Shown: one piece after another, positions 23,170 through 35,892 of the stretch
How positions within the stretch are numbered: position 1 is the stretch's first letter
How the letters are laid out: each line of letters begins with the position of its first letter
Assembly (NCBI GenBank): GCA_964252035.1
Contig: OZ176205.1
Reading direction: 5' to 3' (one strand)
From: Podarcis erhardii
Taxonomy: Eukaryota
DNA length: 64,000 nt
Program-made: the position numbers and the translations under genes
The notes under the pieces: model-generated
Databases searched by the model: none
Seen by the model: only the letters and a program-made list of their open reading frames with translations
Told to the model about the DNA's origin: nothing

Positions 23170-23975
23170 CCAACATAATAGGGGGAAAAGAGAGGGGGGA
23201 ACCAATTTAAAATACAGGTTAAAATGCAATTTAAAATGCAGCCTTATTTTGAAATAGCTGATAAATCAAGACCATAAGGGGAGGGAAACATAAGGGTCAG
23301 ACCGAGTCCAAACCAAAGGCCAGACGGAACAGCTCTGTCTTGCAGGCCCTGTGGAAAGATGTCAAGTCCCGCAGGACCCTAGTGTCTTGTGACAGAGCTT
23401 TCCACCATGTCGGGGCCAGTTCTGAAAAGGCCCCAACCCTAGTTGAAACCAATCTAACCTCCTCGAGGCTTGAGACCTCCAAAGTTTTGTTATTTGTGGA
23501 CTTTAAGGTTCTCCGTGGGTCATACCAGGAGAGGCGGTCCCGTAGGTACGTGGGTCCTAGGCTGCACAGGGCTTTAAAGATCAAAACCAGCACCTTAAAC
23601 CTGACCCTGTACTCCACCAGGAGCCAGTGCAGTTGGTAAAGCACTGGATGAATGTGATCCCGCGGCAAGGACCCCATAAGGAGCCTCGCTGCGGCATTCT
23701 GCACCCGCTGGAGTTTTTGGGTCAGCTTCAAGGGCAGCCCTGTGTAGAGCGAGTTACAATAATCAAGCATGGAGGTGACCGTCGCATGGATCACTGTGGC
23801 CAGATCAGGGTGTGAAAGGTAAGGGACCAACTGCTTAATACAGTGGAGATGGAAAAATGCCACCTTTGCTGTGGCTGCAACCTGTGCCTCCATGGAAAAG
23901 GAGGCGTCAAAGGTTACACCCAAGCTCTTGAGAGAAGGCACTGGCACTAATTGAGCCCCCACAAGAGATGGGAGT
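23170..23975 (-). mobile_element. L2-clade LINE 3' fragment (post-RT region and 3' UTR); limits approximate
   Basis: ORF 23297-24004 contains KSLGVTFD..SMEAQVAATAKVAFFHL..IKQLVPYL..LATVIHATVTSMLDYCNSLY.GLP....KLQRVQNAAARLL..HWL.VEYRVRFK, characteristic of the L2/CR1 C-terminal region. Confidence 0.85.
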
Positions 23976-25301
23976 TGCTTGGTACAGGTATAAATTACAT
24001 GCAAACTAATATTTATTTTAAGATGCTATGTTCCTTCCTATCTATTTATGTTTTAAACTCCAGTGGGTTTTAAACAAACAGCAAAATTAACTGAAGCTGG
24101 AAGGAAATGGCAATAGCAACTCACAATAGGGTTGTAGATCACACCGTGAATTCAGAACAATTTTGTCACAGCAAATTATTTATTTATCAAAATAATTAGA
24201 CTCTGCCATTCCATGTTGAAAAAGCCAGTAGTAACCATTTTAAAGGAACACCTTATGATGTGTCCCAGCCAATTGCACCTCAATAAATGTTGTCAGGATA
24301 CGCTGGAGAGCCTTCCCAGTAGAGCTTCATTTTGTGTCCATAAATGTCAACGAATGACTGACTGCAGCACAGTGTTCAGATATTACACTAGAGTCTTTTG
24401 GAAGCAGAGAGATTCTCCTGCGACACTGTGTAATATTATTATTATTGGCAATGGCTAACCTCTTCAAGACAATCACTGGTTGCCTCTCATGAATTTTTCA
24501 ACATCCTGCCTTTTTCTAACAGTTCTGATCCTTTCTTTGTCTTTGTTTCCATCATTATGCCATTTATATAATCCCACTGAGGCCTTCTCAAGTAGAATTA
24601 GAACAGCACTTAATTACTGGAATTAGAAATGACAAATATCACAGTTTTTATCCAGTTGATCTTATCTAAGCAGTTCAGTGGATGAACTTGAATAATTTGA
24701 AACTGTGACTTTTAACATTTTCCAAGGTTTTGGAGAGTTGGAGTTTAAAGATATATAGATAGATACAGATATATATATTTGTTCTTTTCAGAAAACAGAT
24801 TATTTTTCTCTGCCTTAATCCAACCAGTGTAGCTAGAGATAGAAATGAAAGAGTGAATCTGATAGATATATTCTTTTTCCTTTAGTCTTCCTCCTGTGAC
24901 TAAATCATTCAGCTACTTACTTTCTGATTAATATTGCCAACAGATGCCTTCCAAAATGAAGCAAGAACAATAGTAAATTGGTATTTCATATGAGCTCATT
25001 TGTTTCCATTAAAGTTACTATTTTTTAATGTATCTACACTGTATGCAGAATGGCTTGGATCCTAAAATAGAGAAGTTTTTTAAAGGAAATTTTCTTGCAG
25101 TGAAGTATGTAAGAATAGGAACTTCCTCCCACATCCATATTCATTGCAGGACCCAGCTCAGCTTTTCAGTTTGGGCAGTATTCTGTCCCATGTCAATCAT
25201 TGTTTTTATGCGGTATCAGTAGTTTTCAAACAAAAACATTGGCTGTAATTGTGGGAGGACTTCCTATAGGTTTGTTTAGTTGGGAAGTATTCTGAGAAAT
25301 A

Positions 25302-25651
25302 GGGATGCGGGTGGTGCTGTGGGTTAAACCACAGAGCCTAGGGCTTGCAGTTCAGAAGGTTGGCGGTTCGAATCCCCGTGACAGGGTGAGCTCCCATTTC
25401 TTGGTCCATGCTCCTGCCAACCTAGCAGTTCAAAAGCATGCAGTGCAAGTAGATAAAAAGGTACCGCTATGGCGGGAAGGTAAACAGCGTTTCTGTGCAC
25501 TGCTCTGGTTCGCCAGAAGCAGCTTGGTCATGCTGGCCACATGACCCAGAAGCTATATGCTGGCTCCTTTGGCCACTAAAGCAAGATGAGCGCCACAACC
25601 CCAGAGTCATCCGCGACTGGACCTAATGGCCAGGGATCCCTTTACCTTTAC
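25302..25651 (+). mobile_element. Full-length Sauria SINE with 14-bp TSD
   Basis: GGGATGCGGGTGGTGCTGTGGGTTAAACC head and CCCTTTACCTTTAC tail; TATTCTGAGAAATA at 25288-25301 and 25652-25665. Confidence 0.9.
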
Positions 25652-27761
25652 TATTCTGAGAAATATATGATCACTGAAAAACCTCTTGGCCTAACTTACC
25701 TAATGGGTTCATTGCTCCTTGTATCCTTACATCAGCTCCTTGAAGGAAAGGTAGATACAAACAGGGAAAATATAAAGAAAAAGGAAATATATCCCTGTTG
25801 ATAAGTTTAGTAAAGTCATGCACATTGCCTGAAAGTATAGTCTGTGCCAATCTTCTGCTACAATGTGCATCCCCAGATGTTGGCCACTGCACAGGAGTTG
25901 GGTAGAGAAATCGAATCCATCACCCAAGCCTAATCCAAACAGCTTTCCTGGCAAACTTATTTTCACATTATTTTGGGAATTGGTGCCTGTCTGCATTTAG
26001 TGGACATTACAGGCAGTGGATCAGCTATAAGACTGAGCTGGTATCTATTCTGTACCAGTGGAAGACATGTTTTAATATGGCTCATTATTAATCATTCAAT
26101 GTCAAGCTCAGAAAAAGATTACTATGAAGCATTATCCAATTATTCAAGATATAGGCAAACGAGAATAAAGATGTAAACATAACATAAAAAATGTATTGAT
26201 TCATAGATTAACTCACATCAATTTCTCCAGCTAGTGCTACAGATTTCCTATAATATATTACATAGGCAAGTTGGAACATTTCAAGGCCACCCTTTGTTTG
26301 GGGGAAGCACTTAATGGCTTTTAGTTCCTATGTTCCTGTTTTAAGAAATATTCCCTGTAATTCAATAAGATGAAGCAATAACTGGATCCAACAGGATCTC
26401 AAAAAGTCAAATGGAATGCCTATGAATTGGATTTTTCGAACAGAGTATTTTTTTTCTACCTGACACTCCCTACATATATGTTAAGCATTGTTTTGATGTT
26501 TCAGTCATATATTTGGACAAATATTATTTATTTGATTCACTATCTCCAGGAGTATACCACTGCATCATACTTTTGAGGCATTTCCCCCTTATACCAATAT
26601 TTAAAGAAATCCTATTATTGTGTCTTTTCCAACAACTTTTCCAGTGGGATATTCTTTTCAATACCTTGGACCATTTCATATTTGTTTGCTCATGTGTGTG
26701 TGAATCTGGAAGTCATTAGTCTGTCAATATTTAGTTAGCTCTAATATATCTATTTGTTATTTATCTTATTTGAAAATACAGGTAGAATGTATTCTGATTT
26801 CTGAATACACGGGCTATCCTGAATTATCAAAACTGCATATCTGGAAGAAGAATACAGTATTTCTTTCATACTTGCTGAAGCTTCTATCCATATCTAATAT
26901 CTAATATGGATTTCAATACTGAGATGTTTGAGTTTAAAAATCTCATATAACAATCCCATCTTTTTAACAAATTGGAGATTAAAATATTATCAACTATTTG
27001 CTTTGCTCTATTTTGTATTATCTCCCCATAATGACTTTGGGATTCATTGTTTGTTTATTGTAACTATGAGACACCTCATAAAATAAATTCTCTAGGTGTT
27101 GTAAAATATAAAAAGAACAAAATAAAGCAATATCCTACATGCCACAAATAGCAGTATAAGGCCGTTCCATCACAATTCCACACACAATTCCACCACAATT
27201 CCACAGTGGTACTGCCTGACAGGGTGTATTTTTAGCCTGTTGGCCATGAGAAACAACACACCAAGCAGCAGTGCACCTATTGCTGCATTCAAAAAGTGGC
27301 ACAAGTTTAGGGAGGGCAGGCTTTAGGGCCCTATATATGGGGCAGCCTCCTCCCCATCTGCCTCTACTCTGGAGGCCACACCCTGCCTCCCACCATCACT
27401 GTCTCCCAGCATGACATGCTGGTCACTACTAGAGGGCTGAATAGTAATTTTTCTCTATCTGCATTTTTTTTAAAATAAATATTTATTAAAGTTTTTGAAT
27501 ATAATACATAAATAATAAACAACATTACTTATATCATAACATAGTTTCATCACTTCTTTGGACTCCCTCACGTCTCCCACTCCCACTTACATCGTTATAA
27601 AATTTTTCAAGCAAATTATCATCTTGTTTAAAACCTTATATCCGCTCATTTAAATAAAATCTAGCAGTTCTCCAAAAAATTTATATTTTCCTTAATCTCA
27701 CTTATCGTCAAATTCAAATCTAATTCAGTGGTGGACAATTATTTATGATCTAGCATCCTTC

Positions 27762-30700
27762 TTAACATTCAACCAAATTACAATATTTTTGTAGATAAAT
27801 CTTAAATTTCTTCCAGTCTTCTTCAACCCTCTCTTCTCCCAGGTCTCGGATTCTGCCAGTCATCTCGGCCAATTGCATATAGTCCATCAGCTGCATCTGC
27901 CACTCTTCCAGTGTGGGTAGATCTTGAGTTTTCCAGTTCTTGGCGATGAGTATCCTTGCTGCCGTTGTTGCATACATAAAAAATGTTCGGTCCTTCTTTA
28001 ACACCTTCTGGCCGACCATACCCAGAAGGAAGGCTTCTGGTTTCTTAGTGAAGGTATATTTAAATACCTTTTTCAACTCATTATAAATCATTTCCCAGAA
28101 GGCCTTCACTTTAGGGCAGGTCCACCAAAGGTGAAAGAATGTTCCTTCGTTTTCTTTACATTTCCAACATTTATTATCAGACAAATGGTATATTTTGGCA
28201 AGTTTAACTGGGGTCATGTACCATCTGTATATCATTTTCATTACATTTTCCTTCAGAGCATTACATGCAGTGAAGTTCAGCCCAGTGGTCCACAACCTTT
28301 CCCAGTCCTCAAACATAATGTTATGCCCAATGTCCTGTGCCCACTTTATCATAGCCGATTTAACCATTTCGTCTTGTGTATTCCATTTTAACAGCAAGTT
28401 ATACATTCTTGATAATACCTTAGTCTTTGGTTCTAACAATTCTGTTTCCAACTTCGATTTCTCCACCTGGAACCCTAACTTTTTGTCATTTTTAAAAACT
28501 TCTTTAATCTGAGCGTAATATAACCAGTCTCGCACTTTATCCTTCATTTTCTCCAAACTCTGCAATTTCCAATTGTCTCCATCTTTTTCTAATATTTCCC
28601 AATATTTTGGCCATTTGGCCTCCATATTGGGTCTTTTTCGGGCCTTAGCTTCCAGAGGAGAAAGCCACCTTGGAGTTTTGTTTTCCAATAAGTCTTTATA
28701 TTTTGTCCAGACATTAAACACTGCTTTTCTGACAATATGGTTCTTAAAGGCCTTGTTGATCTTAACTTTGTCGTACCATAAGTATGCATGCCAACCAAAA
28801 GCGTTATTAAAACCTTCCAAATCCAGTACATCAGTGTCTTCAAGAAGTAGCCAATCTTTTAGCCAGCAGAAAGCTGCGGCCTCATAGTACAACTTTAAGT
28901 CTGGCAGGGCAAAGCCCCCTCTTTCTTTCGCATCAGTTAATATCTTAAACTTAATTCTGGGCTTTTTGCCCTGCCAGACAAACTTAGAAATATCTCTCTG
29001 CCACTTCCGGAAGCACTCCGTCTTATCCACAATCTGTAGTGTTTGAAACAAAAACAACATTTTTGGCAATACATTCATCTTAATAGCAGCAATTCGGCCT
29101 AACAAAGAAAGTTTCAGTTTTGTCCAACTGTCTAAGTCTCTCTTAATTTCTGACCAACATTTTTCATAGTTATCCTTAAATAGACTCAGATTTTTTGCTG
29201 TTATATTTACCCCTAGGTACTTTACTTTTTTAACCACATTCAATTCTGTCTCTTTCTGAAACCGTTCTGACTCTGTATCTGTCAAGTTTTTTCCCAACAC
29301 CTTGGTTTTCTGTTTGTTTAATTTAAATCCCGCCACCCGACCAAAGTCCTGAATCAATTGTAGTACTCTTTTCGTACTAGATTCTGGCTCCTGCAGAGTC
29401 AAAACTAGGTCATCTGCAAAAGCTTTAAGTTTATATTGTTTCGCTCCGACCTGAATTCCTTCCACCAACCGGTCCCCTCTAATAATATTCAGGAGCACCT
29501 CCAGAACCGAAATAAATAGCAAAGGGGAAATCGGGCAGCCTTGTCGTGTTCCTTTTTCGATTTTAAACTCTTCTGTAACCACATTGTTAACTATCAATTT
29601 AGCCTTTTGTTCTGAGTATATTGCATCAATCCCATTCTCAAAACCCCGTCCCACTCCCATTTCTTTTAGATTTCCCTTCATAAATTTCCAGGAAATATTG
29701 TCAAAGGCCTTCTCCGCATCTATAAAAATTAACACTGCTTTTGTATTTATGTCTGTTTGCAAAAGTTCCAAAATGTCAATAATGTTCCTTGTATTAGCAA
29801 ACAAATGTCTACCTGGGAGAAAGCCTGCCTGGTCCTTGTGAATTACTTCATTTAAAACTTTTTTAAATCTACTTGCCAAAATGTCTGCAAATATTTTGTA
29901 ATCCACATTTAAAAGAGAGATGTGACGATAGTTCTTAAGTTGTGTCTTTTCAGCTTCTGATTTTGGTATCAATGTGATAAAGGCTTCCTTCCACGATTCC
30001 GGCGCCCTCTTCCCCTCCATAATTTCATTGCTAACCTCCATCAGTGGTTGTATCAAATAATCTTTTAATGTCTTATAGTACTTGGAGGTCAGCCCATCTG
30101 GCCCTGGAGATTTGCCCAGTTGCATGTTCTGAATGGCTTGTTCAATCTCTTGTCGTGTTATTTTACTGTTCAGGAGTGATCTATTTTCTTGTGACAGTTT
30201 TTTAAGTCCATTTTTTCCCAAAAATTGTTTAATCTCAACCTCATCCTGCGGCCCTTGAGTGTATAATTTTTTGAAATATTTCTGAAAACATTTTCTAATC
30301 TCCGCGGGGTTCTGAATGTTTCTTCCTTCAATTTCCAAATTTGTAACTGCGTTTAATTTTTGTCTCTTCTTCAACTGCCACGCTAGCAGTTTCCCACATT
30401 TGTTTGCCGATTCAAAGGTTTTTTGTTTCATTAGTTTAATCTTCCACTCTATTTCCTGATTTATCAGTTTAGAATATTGTGCTTGATGAAGTTTGATTTC
30501 TCTCAGAATCGGCTGTGACTTCGGATTTAATCTTAACTTCTTCTCTAATTCTTTAATTTTCTCCAAAATCTTATCTTTCCTCTCGTTTTGTGTCCTTTTC
30601 TTTACAGCATTCTGTTGTATCAAGAACCCCCTCATCACGGCTTTGCTTGCATCCCAAATAGTTCTTTTTTCCACCGTAGTGTGCATGTTTATCTCAAAGT

Positions 30701-31502
30701 AGTCCTTCAAAGCTTTTTGGGCCTTCTTAATGATCTCCTGATCTGTAAACAAATTGTCATTCATCTTCCATCTAAAGGAACCGGTTGGTAATAGTGTCAT
30801 ATCCATTTTCAGTGCACTATGGTCGGAGCAGGTCTTTGGGCAAATTTCCACCTTTCTGACCTTGGGTGCCAGACCTCTAGTTATCCATATTTGGTCGATT
30901 CTTGTCCAGGTCAGCTGGGCTTCAGAGAAAAATGTTCCTTCTCTTCCCAAGGGGTTCTTCATTCTCCAGATATCAATCCAATCCATATTGTCTGTCATTT
31001 CAAAAAAGGTCTTTGGTAGTCTTCCGTCTTTTGTGACGTTTTGGCTTTGTGACTTATCCATGTTAGTTGAAACGACCCCATTCATATCTCCCATCATGAT
31101 GATGTTGTTGTAGTCCAGATAGTCCAGCATGATCTCATGCAACTTCTTGTAAAATTCCGATTTCCCTTCATTTGGGGCGTAAATTCCTAATATCAGGATT
31201 TTCTCTCCTTGGTGTTGTATTTCGATTGCCAAAATTCTTCCATGTTCATCTTTAAATAGAAATTTAGGTGAAAGGCTCTCTTTTGCATATATGACCACAC
31301 CTCTCTTCTTTACTATGTCCGAAGATATGAATTCCTGGCCAAGCCTTTTATTTATTAATACTTTTCTGTGGAGCCTAGTCACATGTGTTTCTTGTAAACA
31401 AATAATGTCCAATTGTTCCTTTTTTAATATGTGAAAAATTTTCCTCCTTTTTTCCGGGATGTTGCAGCCATTTATATTCCAGCTCAAAAGTTGCAGAGAC
31501 AT
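27762..31502 (-). CDS. L1 ORF2p: APE endonuclease, reverse transcriptase and C-terminal Cys/His motif (1246 aa, uninterrupted)
   Basis: SWNING, LQETH, MGDMN, TRIDQIW and SDHSAL (endonuclease); PGPDG, LLNVDYKI, DAEKAFD, GTRQGCPISPLLF, FADDL and YLG (RT); CWKC...HLWWTC at the C-terminus. Confidence 0.96.
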   Translation of the reverse strand: MSLQLLSWNINGCNIPEKRRKIFHILKKEQLDIICLQETHVTRLHRKVLINKRLGQEFISSDIVKKRGVVIYAKESLSPKFLFKDEHGRILAIEIQHQGEKILILGIYAPNEGKSEFYKKLHEIMLDYLDYNNIIMMGDMNGVVSTNMDKSQSQNVTKDGRLPKTFFEMTDNMDWIDIWRMKNPLGREGTFFSEAQLTWTRIDQIWITRGLAPKVRKVEICPKTCSDHSALKMDMTLLPTGSFRWKMNDNLFTDQEIIKKAQKALKDYFEINMHTTVEKRTIWDASKAVMRGFLIQQNAVKKRTQNERKDKILEKIKELEKKLRLNPKSQPILREIKLHQAQYSKLINQEIEWKIKLMKQKTFESANKCGKLLAWQLKKRQKLNAVTNLEIEGRNIQNPAEIRKCFQKYFKKLYTQGPQDEVEIKQFLGKNGLKKLSQENRSLLNSKITRQEIEQAIQNMQLGKSPGPDGLTSKYYKTLKDYLIQPLMEVSNEIMEGKRAPESWKEAFITLIPKSEAEKTQLKNYRHISLLNVDYKIFADILASRFKKVLNEVIHKDQAGFLPGRHLFANTRNIIDILELLQTDINTKAVLIFIDAEKAFDNISWKFMKGNLKEMGVGRGFENGIDAIYSEQKAKLIVNNVVTEEFKIEKGTRQGCPISPLLFISVLEVLLNIIRGDRLVEGIQVGAKQYKLKAFADDLVLTLQEPESSTKRVLQLIQDFGRVAGFKLNKQKTKVLGKNLTDTESERFQKETELNVVKKVKYLGVNITAKNLSLFKDNYEKCWSEIKRDLDSWTKLKLSLLGRIAAIKMNVLPKMLFLFQTLQIVDKTECFRKWQRDISKFVWQGKKPRIKFKILTDAKERGGFALPDLKLYYEAAAFCWLKDWLLLEDTDVLDLEGFNNAFGWHAYLWYDKVKINKAFKNHIVRKAVFNVWTKYKDLLENKTPRWLSPLEAKARKRPNMEAKWPKYWEILEKDGDNWKLQSLEKMKDKVRDWLYYAQIKEVFKNDKKLGFQVEKSKLETELLEPKTKVLSRMYNLLLKWNTQDEMVKSAMIKWAQDIGHNIMFEDWERLWTTGLNFTACNALKENVMKMIYRWYMTPVKLAKIYHLSDNKCWKCKENEGTFFHLWWTCPKVKAFWEMIYNELKKVFKYTFTKKPEAFLLGMVGQKVLKKDRTFFMYATTAARILIAKNWKTQDLPTLEEWQMQLMDYMQLAEMTGRIRDLGEERVEEDWKKFKIYLQKYCNLVEC

Positions 31503-31517
31503 CCTGAATAAATCTGG

Positions 31518-32552
31518 TTATTTTCCTTGGGGTGGTACTTTGTTCTCCGGGTCTTCAGGGTCCGAGGGTGCAGGTACCCCTGGTGGTTCAGGCCCCGAGG
31601 GTAGTTCAAGTCCTTTGTGAAGGTCCTCTCCGTATGCAGTCAGAAACTTATCTCTGTCTTCCAGTGCTCTAATTTTAATCTTCTTCCCTCTAAAAGTGAA
31701 AGATAATTCTTGGGGAAAATCCCACCTGAAGATGATTGAGTTGCTCCTCAACAATCTTACTAGCTCCAAATAATCAGATCTAAGGTCCAACAGTTGTTTA
31801 GGGATATCCTTGTAAATTTCAATTCTTTTGTCCAAAATGTCCAGTGACTTTCCGTAATGCAGGCCCAAAATCTTGTCCCTTTCCTCCTTTGATCTCAATG
31901 TTATCAAACAGTCTCTGGGCTTCTCTTTCTTTATAAGTCTTCCAAGCCTGAAAGCTGATACGATTTTAAAGTCTTTTTCCTCTAGATTCCAAAACTTGGA
32001 AAATTCTTTAGTCAGAAACTCAGCTAGGTTGCCTTCTTCCACTTCTGGTACCGACCTTATCCTTAAGTTGGTCTCCCTGTTCCGCAGTTCTATCATGGAA
32101 AGATAGGTCTGATGTTCACCTACTTGTTTACTGAGTGGTCTTACCTCTTATTCTAACTCTCCCAATCTTTGGCTGGTATCCTCAGCCAATTTCTGATTTT
32201 CACCTGCAGCCTCCTTCAGTTCTCCAATTGCTTGTGCATTCTGTGCAACTTGTCCAGTTAGTCTATTTAAACATTCTGTATTTTGATCAATTTTAGCTGT
32301 TTGCTGATCAACTTTTCTATCCAAAGACTCCAATTTTTCAAGAATTTTCTCTAAAATAGAGCCAGTTGCTCCTGAGGCCATATCTTCCAATTGTAATTCC
32401 TCAGTTTCTCCCTCCCCTGCCCGTGGCAGAGAAGTAGCTTCTTCCTCAGAAGGCAAAGTAGGCACAGATGATCTGCGTGCCTGTGAGGCTGCGGTTAAGG
32501 TTGTTAGAGTTGTTTGTCTGGTTTTTGGTCCCTTTCTTTTTGCGCCACTCAT
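31518..32552 (-). pseudogene. L1 ORF1p (344 codons) interrupted by one in-frame TAA at 32148-32150
   Basis: ORFs 32148-32552 and 31518-32096 are in the same frame, bridged by 17 open codons (EVRPLSKQVGEHQTYLS). Coiled-coil heptads are followed by the RRM-start motif RNRETNLRIRSVPE and a CTD; a 15-nt spacer precedes ORF2. Confidence 0.88.
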
Positions 32553-33279
32553 TCCAAAGTTATCTAAAAGTCAAGGTCAAGCTGAGTTGTTCCCATGAGA
32601 AAACAACGGCCCAGATGGTAACAGTCAAACAGGAGGCCAGGAAAATGAAAGTAAAACAATGTCACTGCTTTAAATCCCAAATCCTCTAGGGGGAGCTTAA
32701 AATGTCTTTAGGGAAGAGATCAATTCCAATAAAATTAATAAAGTCTAAATCAATGTCCAGGAACCTTCACTAAGATAGGTTTTAGCAGAGTTAGTATTTA
32801 AAAAGCCACAATGTTTCGGACAGTGCTTACTGGAATTCCAAAAGGTACTTCAAAGTAGCAAGTCCAAACTCCCTCAGATTGTTTCAAAGTTTAAGTTCAA
32901 AGTATCCAAATCTGCAGGCTGACTGCTCAGCTGCTCAGGCAGTTCCAGCTCCTGGGTTTCTTACTTAAATTGTAATCCAAATAGAAGAAAGGTATCACAG
33001 TTCCAATAGAAGTCATAACATCAATTACTTAGAGTCCTTAATCTGCTTAAAAGTAATTTCAGTGGGTGCCCAGCTCAGTTAGGTTGAAAGTTCGCTCTTT
33101 GCCTCCACTCCTCCGGCTCTTTACTTTGAGGTTCAGTGTCAGCGGAAGACGGACTTCCTGTTTTTCTTCACTCCACTTTCAGCCAAATTCGTTATTTTTA
33201 GATCTTAAATTTTTGTAAAGTCCTTATTACTCACGGGTTGTTTCTTTCCGAATCAGAGGTTTCAGGAAGAAAGGTCAGC

Positions 33280-33555
33280 GCTCACCGGCAGCAGCAACGC
33301 GGCTTCGCTCCGTTGATTGCGAAACGACCCACAGCGCCGCTACCCCCTCCGCGATCCGGAGCCCCTTACGGGGTCCCTTCAACGTTTCGGGGGCCGCTCC
33401 TGGCGCCCGCCGGGTCCCGAGACCACAAGCTTCTGCCGCCTGTGGTTTTTCAAAGTGGGTCTCCGCTTCGCCGCAGCGGACGACCCGTTCTCAGCGGAGC
33501 TTCCCTCTCCCGGTTAGAAGAGGGCAGCCATTGCCGTTCGCGCCGCCTCCGGAAG
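33280..33555 (-). promoter_or_regulatory. CpG-rich 5' end of the L1 5' UTR (probable internal promoter)
   Basis: Dense unmutated CpGs (CGCCGCAGCGGACGACCCG, CGCGCCGCCTCCGG) in an otherwise CpG-depleted window. The element begins (GA)CTTCCGG. Confidence 0.65.
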
Positions 33556-35062
33556 TCTATCTGCATTTTAAATCATGACCAAGGCTGTTTGGGTGCCAAA
33601 ACTAAGCGTAAACCCCAATAAAAATCATAAAATTGTAGAGTTGGAAGGGACCCAAAGGGTCAGAAATGGACTGAGAAAATCAGTCTCATTCAAGAGAACC
33701 TGGATCTGGTCACCACAGCTAAATCCTATTAAGCTCTTCCAGGTCCAATGAAAGCTTTATGGAGACTATGACTACTCCATCTCTGAAAAAGAAATTTGCC
33801 TTCTGGATGCAACCATTTGTCTTCTCCTTGCCAGATATAATCAGGCAACAGAAGCAAGGGTTGAACAAGCATGTGGTTGGCTCAACCTCACCAAACATCT
33901 CATCCCCATCCTTGGGCCCTGCCAACTCAAAATCACCTAGCAGCATCAGAGCAAATGGTGCTTTAGACACTACTACGGATTGTACATTGTACATCAAAAT
34001 TGTTGCATATGTGCCACAGCATGCCATGCATATTCAACTTGGTGATTTTGCTAGTTGTTCTGTGAAACAGGCCCTTTTTTATCTGATGTTCCACCACATT
34101 CAGGACAAAGTTGGTGATGGTTGTTATCACAGCAATCACTTCTTATGAAATCTGACAAGGTTCCACAGAAGATGAAGAGGAGCGTACACTTGAATAGAGC
34201 AAAGGGAGGTTGTCATGAAACAGTTCAAAGCGCTTTGGTGAATTTCCTGAAGTCGAGGGAAGTCATTTGCATTTGCAGCATGTCACCCCTCAAGCCCCAC
34301 CATAGCACTGTTTTGGCTGTTAAAATAACTATTTCCAGAGCCAATTTGTGAATCGAGGCAATTCACAAAGCGGCAGAGCTTCGTACCATAAAAATAGATG
34401 CCAGAGATAATTGGGCAAGGTGGTGTCATGTCACTTGTGTGCAGCTCATTAATTAACTGCTTGAAACTGCTATAAAATAATAGCCATGTCATCAAGAAGA
34501 AAGTACAGAAGTGGAAACTAAAACTGCTGTAAGGAAGAAAACAGAAGCAGCTGTTATTAAAATACCCTCAAGTTACCATTCATTTTTAATGGCTACCCTC
34601 TGGCCTTCCCACTGCCAAAATTGAACCTAGACATGTACCTAGCAGGCATTCAGCTTACCCTGTTCCTAGCATGGCTAGACTTTTTAGTGGTGATATCAAT
34701 TTAGTTTCCTCATTTTTTAATATGAAATGGATCACATCCCCAACCAGGCCAAGATTTACATTCAGCAGAACATAGCAAGAATGGAAGGGAAGTACTTTAG
34801 CATTTATTCATTTGGTTCACACAGGGAGCATATGAGTACTGAAGTATCCTTGGATGCAACCTATGTAGCCCCTGGCTCTAAGCCTCAAGTGAAACTTATT
34901 TCCATGGGAAGATACATAGGCAATGTAGTGAATGCTCCTAAGATGTATAAAACCATTCTTTGCTGTAAATTCAGAATCTACGGATCTGCTAAGGGTGAGA
35001 ACATTCCCAAGGGGTGGGATTCAGTGACACGCTATGTTGAATACTGTGTCGGCACAAGCATA

Positions 35063-35431
35063 GGTAAAAGGTAAAGGACCCCTAGACGGTTAAGTCCAGT
35101 CAAAGGCAACTATGGGATTGTGGCACTCATCTCACTTTCAGGCTAAAGGAGCCGGCGTTTGTCCACAGACAGCTTTTGGGGTCATGTGACCAGCATGACT
35201 AAACTGCTTCTGGCGCAATGGGACACCATGACGAGTGCCAGAGTGCATGGAAATGCTGTTTACCTTCCTGCCACAGCGGTACCTATTTATCTACTTGCAC
35301 TGGCATGCTTTTGAACTGCTAGGTTGGCAGGGGCTGGGACAGAGCAATGGGAGCTCACTCCGTCATGGGGATTCGAACCGGCAACCTTCTGATAGGCAAG
35401 CCCAAGAGGCTCAGTGGTTTAGACCACAGCG
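35063..35431 (-). mobile_element. Sauria SINE, slightly 5'-truncated, with 8-bp TSD
   Basis: Reverse-complement Sauria body with GGTAAAAGGTAAAGG tail; CAAGCATA at 35055-35062 and 35432-35439. Confidence 0.85.
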
Positions 35432-35892
35432 CAAGCATATCAGCTCGCCAGATGGCATGATTCCCCTCCCCTCCCCTCCCCTCCCCTCCTCTGTGCACTG
35501 TTATAGGGGTACTCCCAACCCCATCCAAGGCAATTTCCAGAGTCCTAGGGTGAAAAGAAGGGGGAAAGCCCTATTACACAAAAGAATCCCTTGACCACTC
35601 CCATTGATGGGTTTTGTTAGGTGAATATCACCGTAAGTCTAGGTGAAATTACTAATTGCTTATACTAATTTGAAAATAATATTTAGGCTATCCTTTTGTT
35701 TGCTGTATGATGCTATGTCCTGTATAGTGAATGAGATCCAGTTTACACAAACAAATAGTATTCATTTGACCAAGTGCACAAGCACAGAGAGAAAATATGG
35801 GCTGTGTGTTTGTTTGAAAGTGCTGGGATGGCTCATTTACACAGATAAACGCTCCCAAACATCACCAGCTATTGTCTGGAGACGTCTATAGA

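Larger units (their letters stand above)
27468..33555 (-). mobile_element. Full-length L1-clade LINE (~6.1 kb) with 14-bp TSD
   Basis: Contains a 5' UTR, ORF1, ORF2, a 3' UTR with AATAAA and a short A tract. TSD TCTATCTGCATTTT at 27454-27467 and 33556-33569. The minus-strand target reads CATGATTT/AAAATGC, a canonical L1 endonuclease site. Confidence 0.95.

Noticed and set aside
28131-32106. Plus-strand and alternate-frame ORFs inside the L1
   Set aside because: These are antisense or shadow frames of ORF1 and ORF2 with no independent motifs.
33238-33621. Antisense ORF in the L1 5' UTR as an ORF0 analogue
   Set aside because: It has a non-ATG start, the GC-rich sequence is naturally poor in stops, and it runs out of the element into flanking DNA.
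33719-34148. Overlapping ORFs including an LLGDF motif suggestive of a LINE endonuclease
   Set aside because: The flanking residues do not continue the endonuclease pattern seen at 46950, so it is probably chance.
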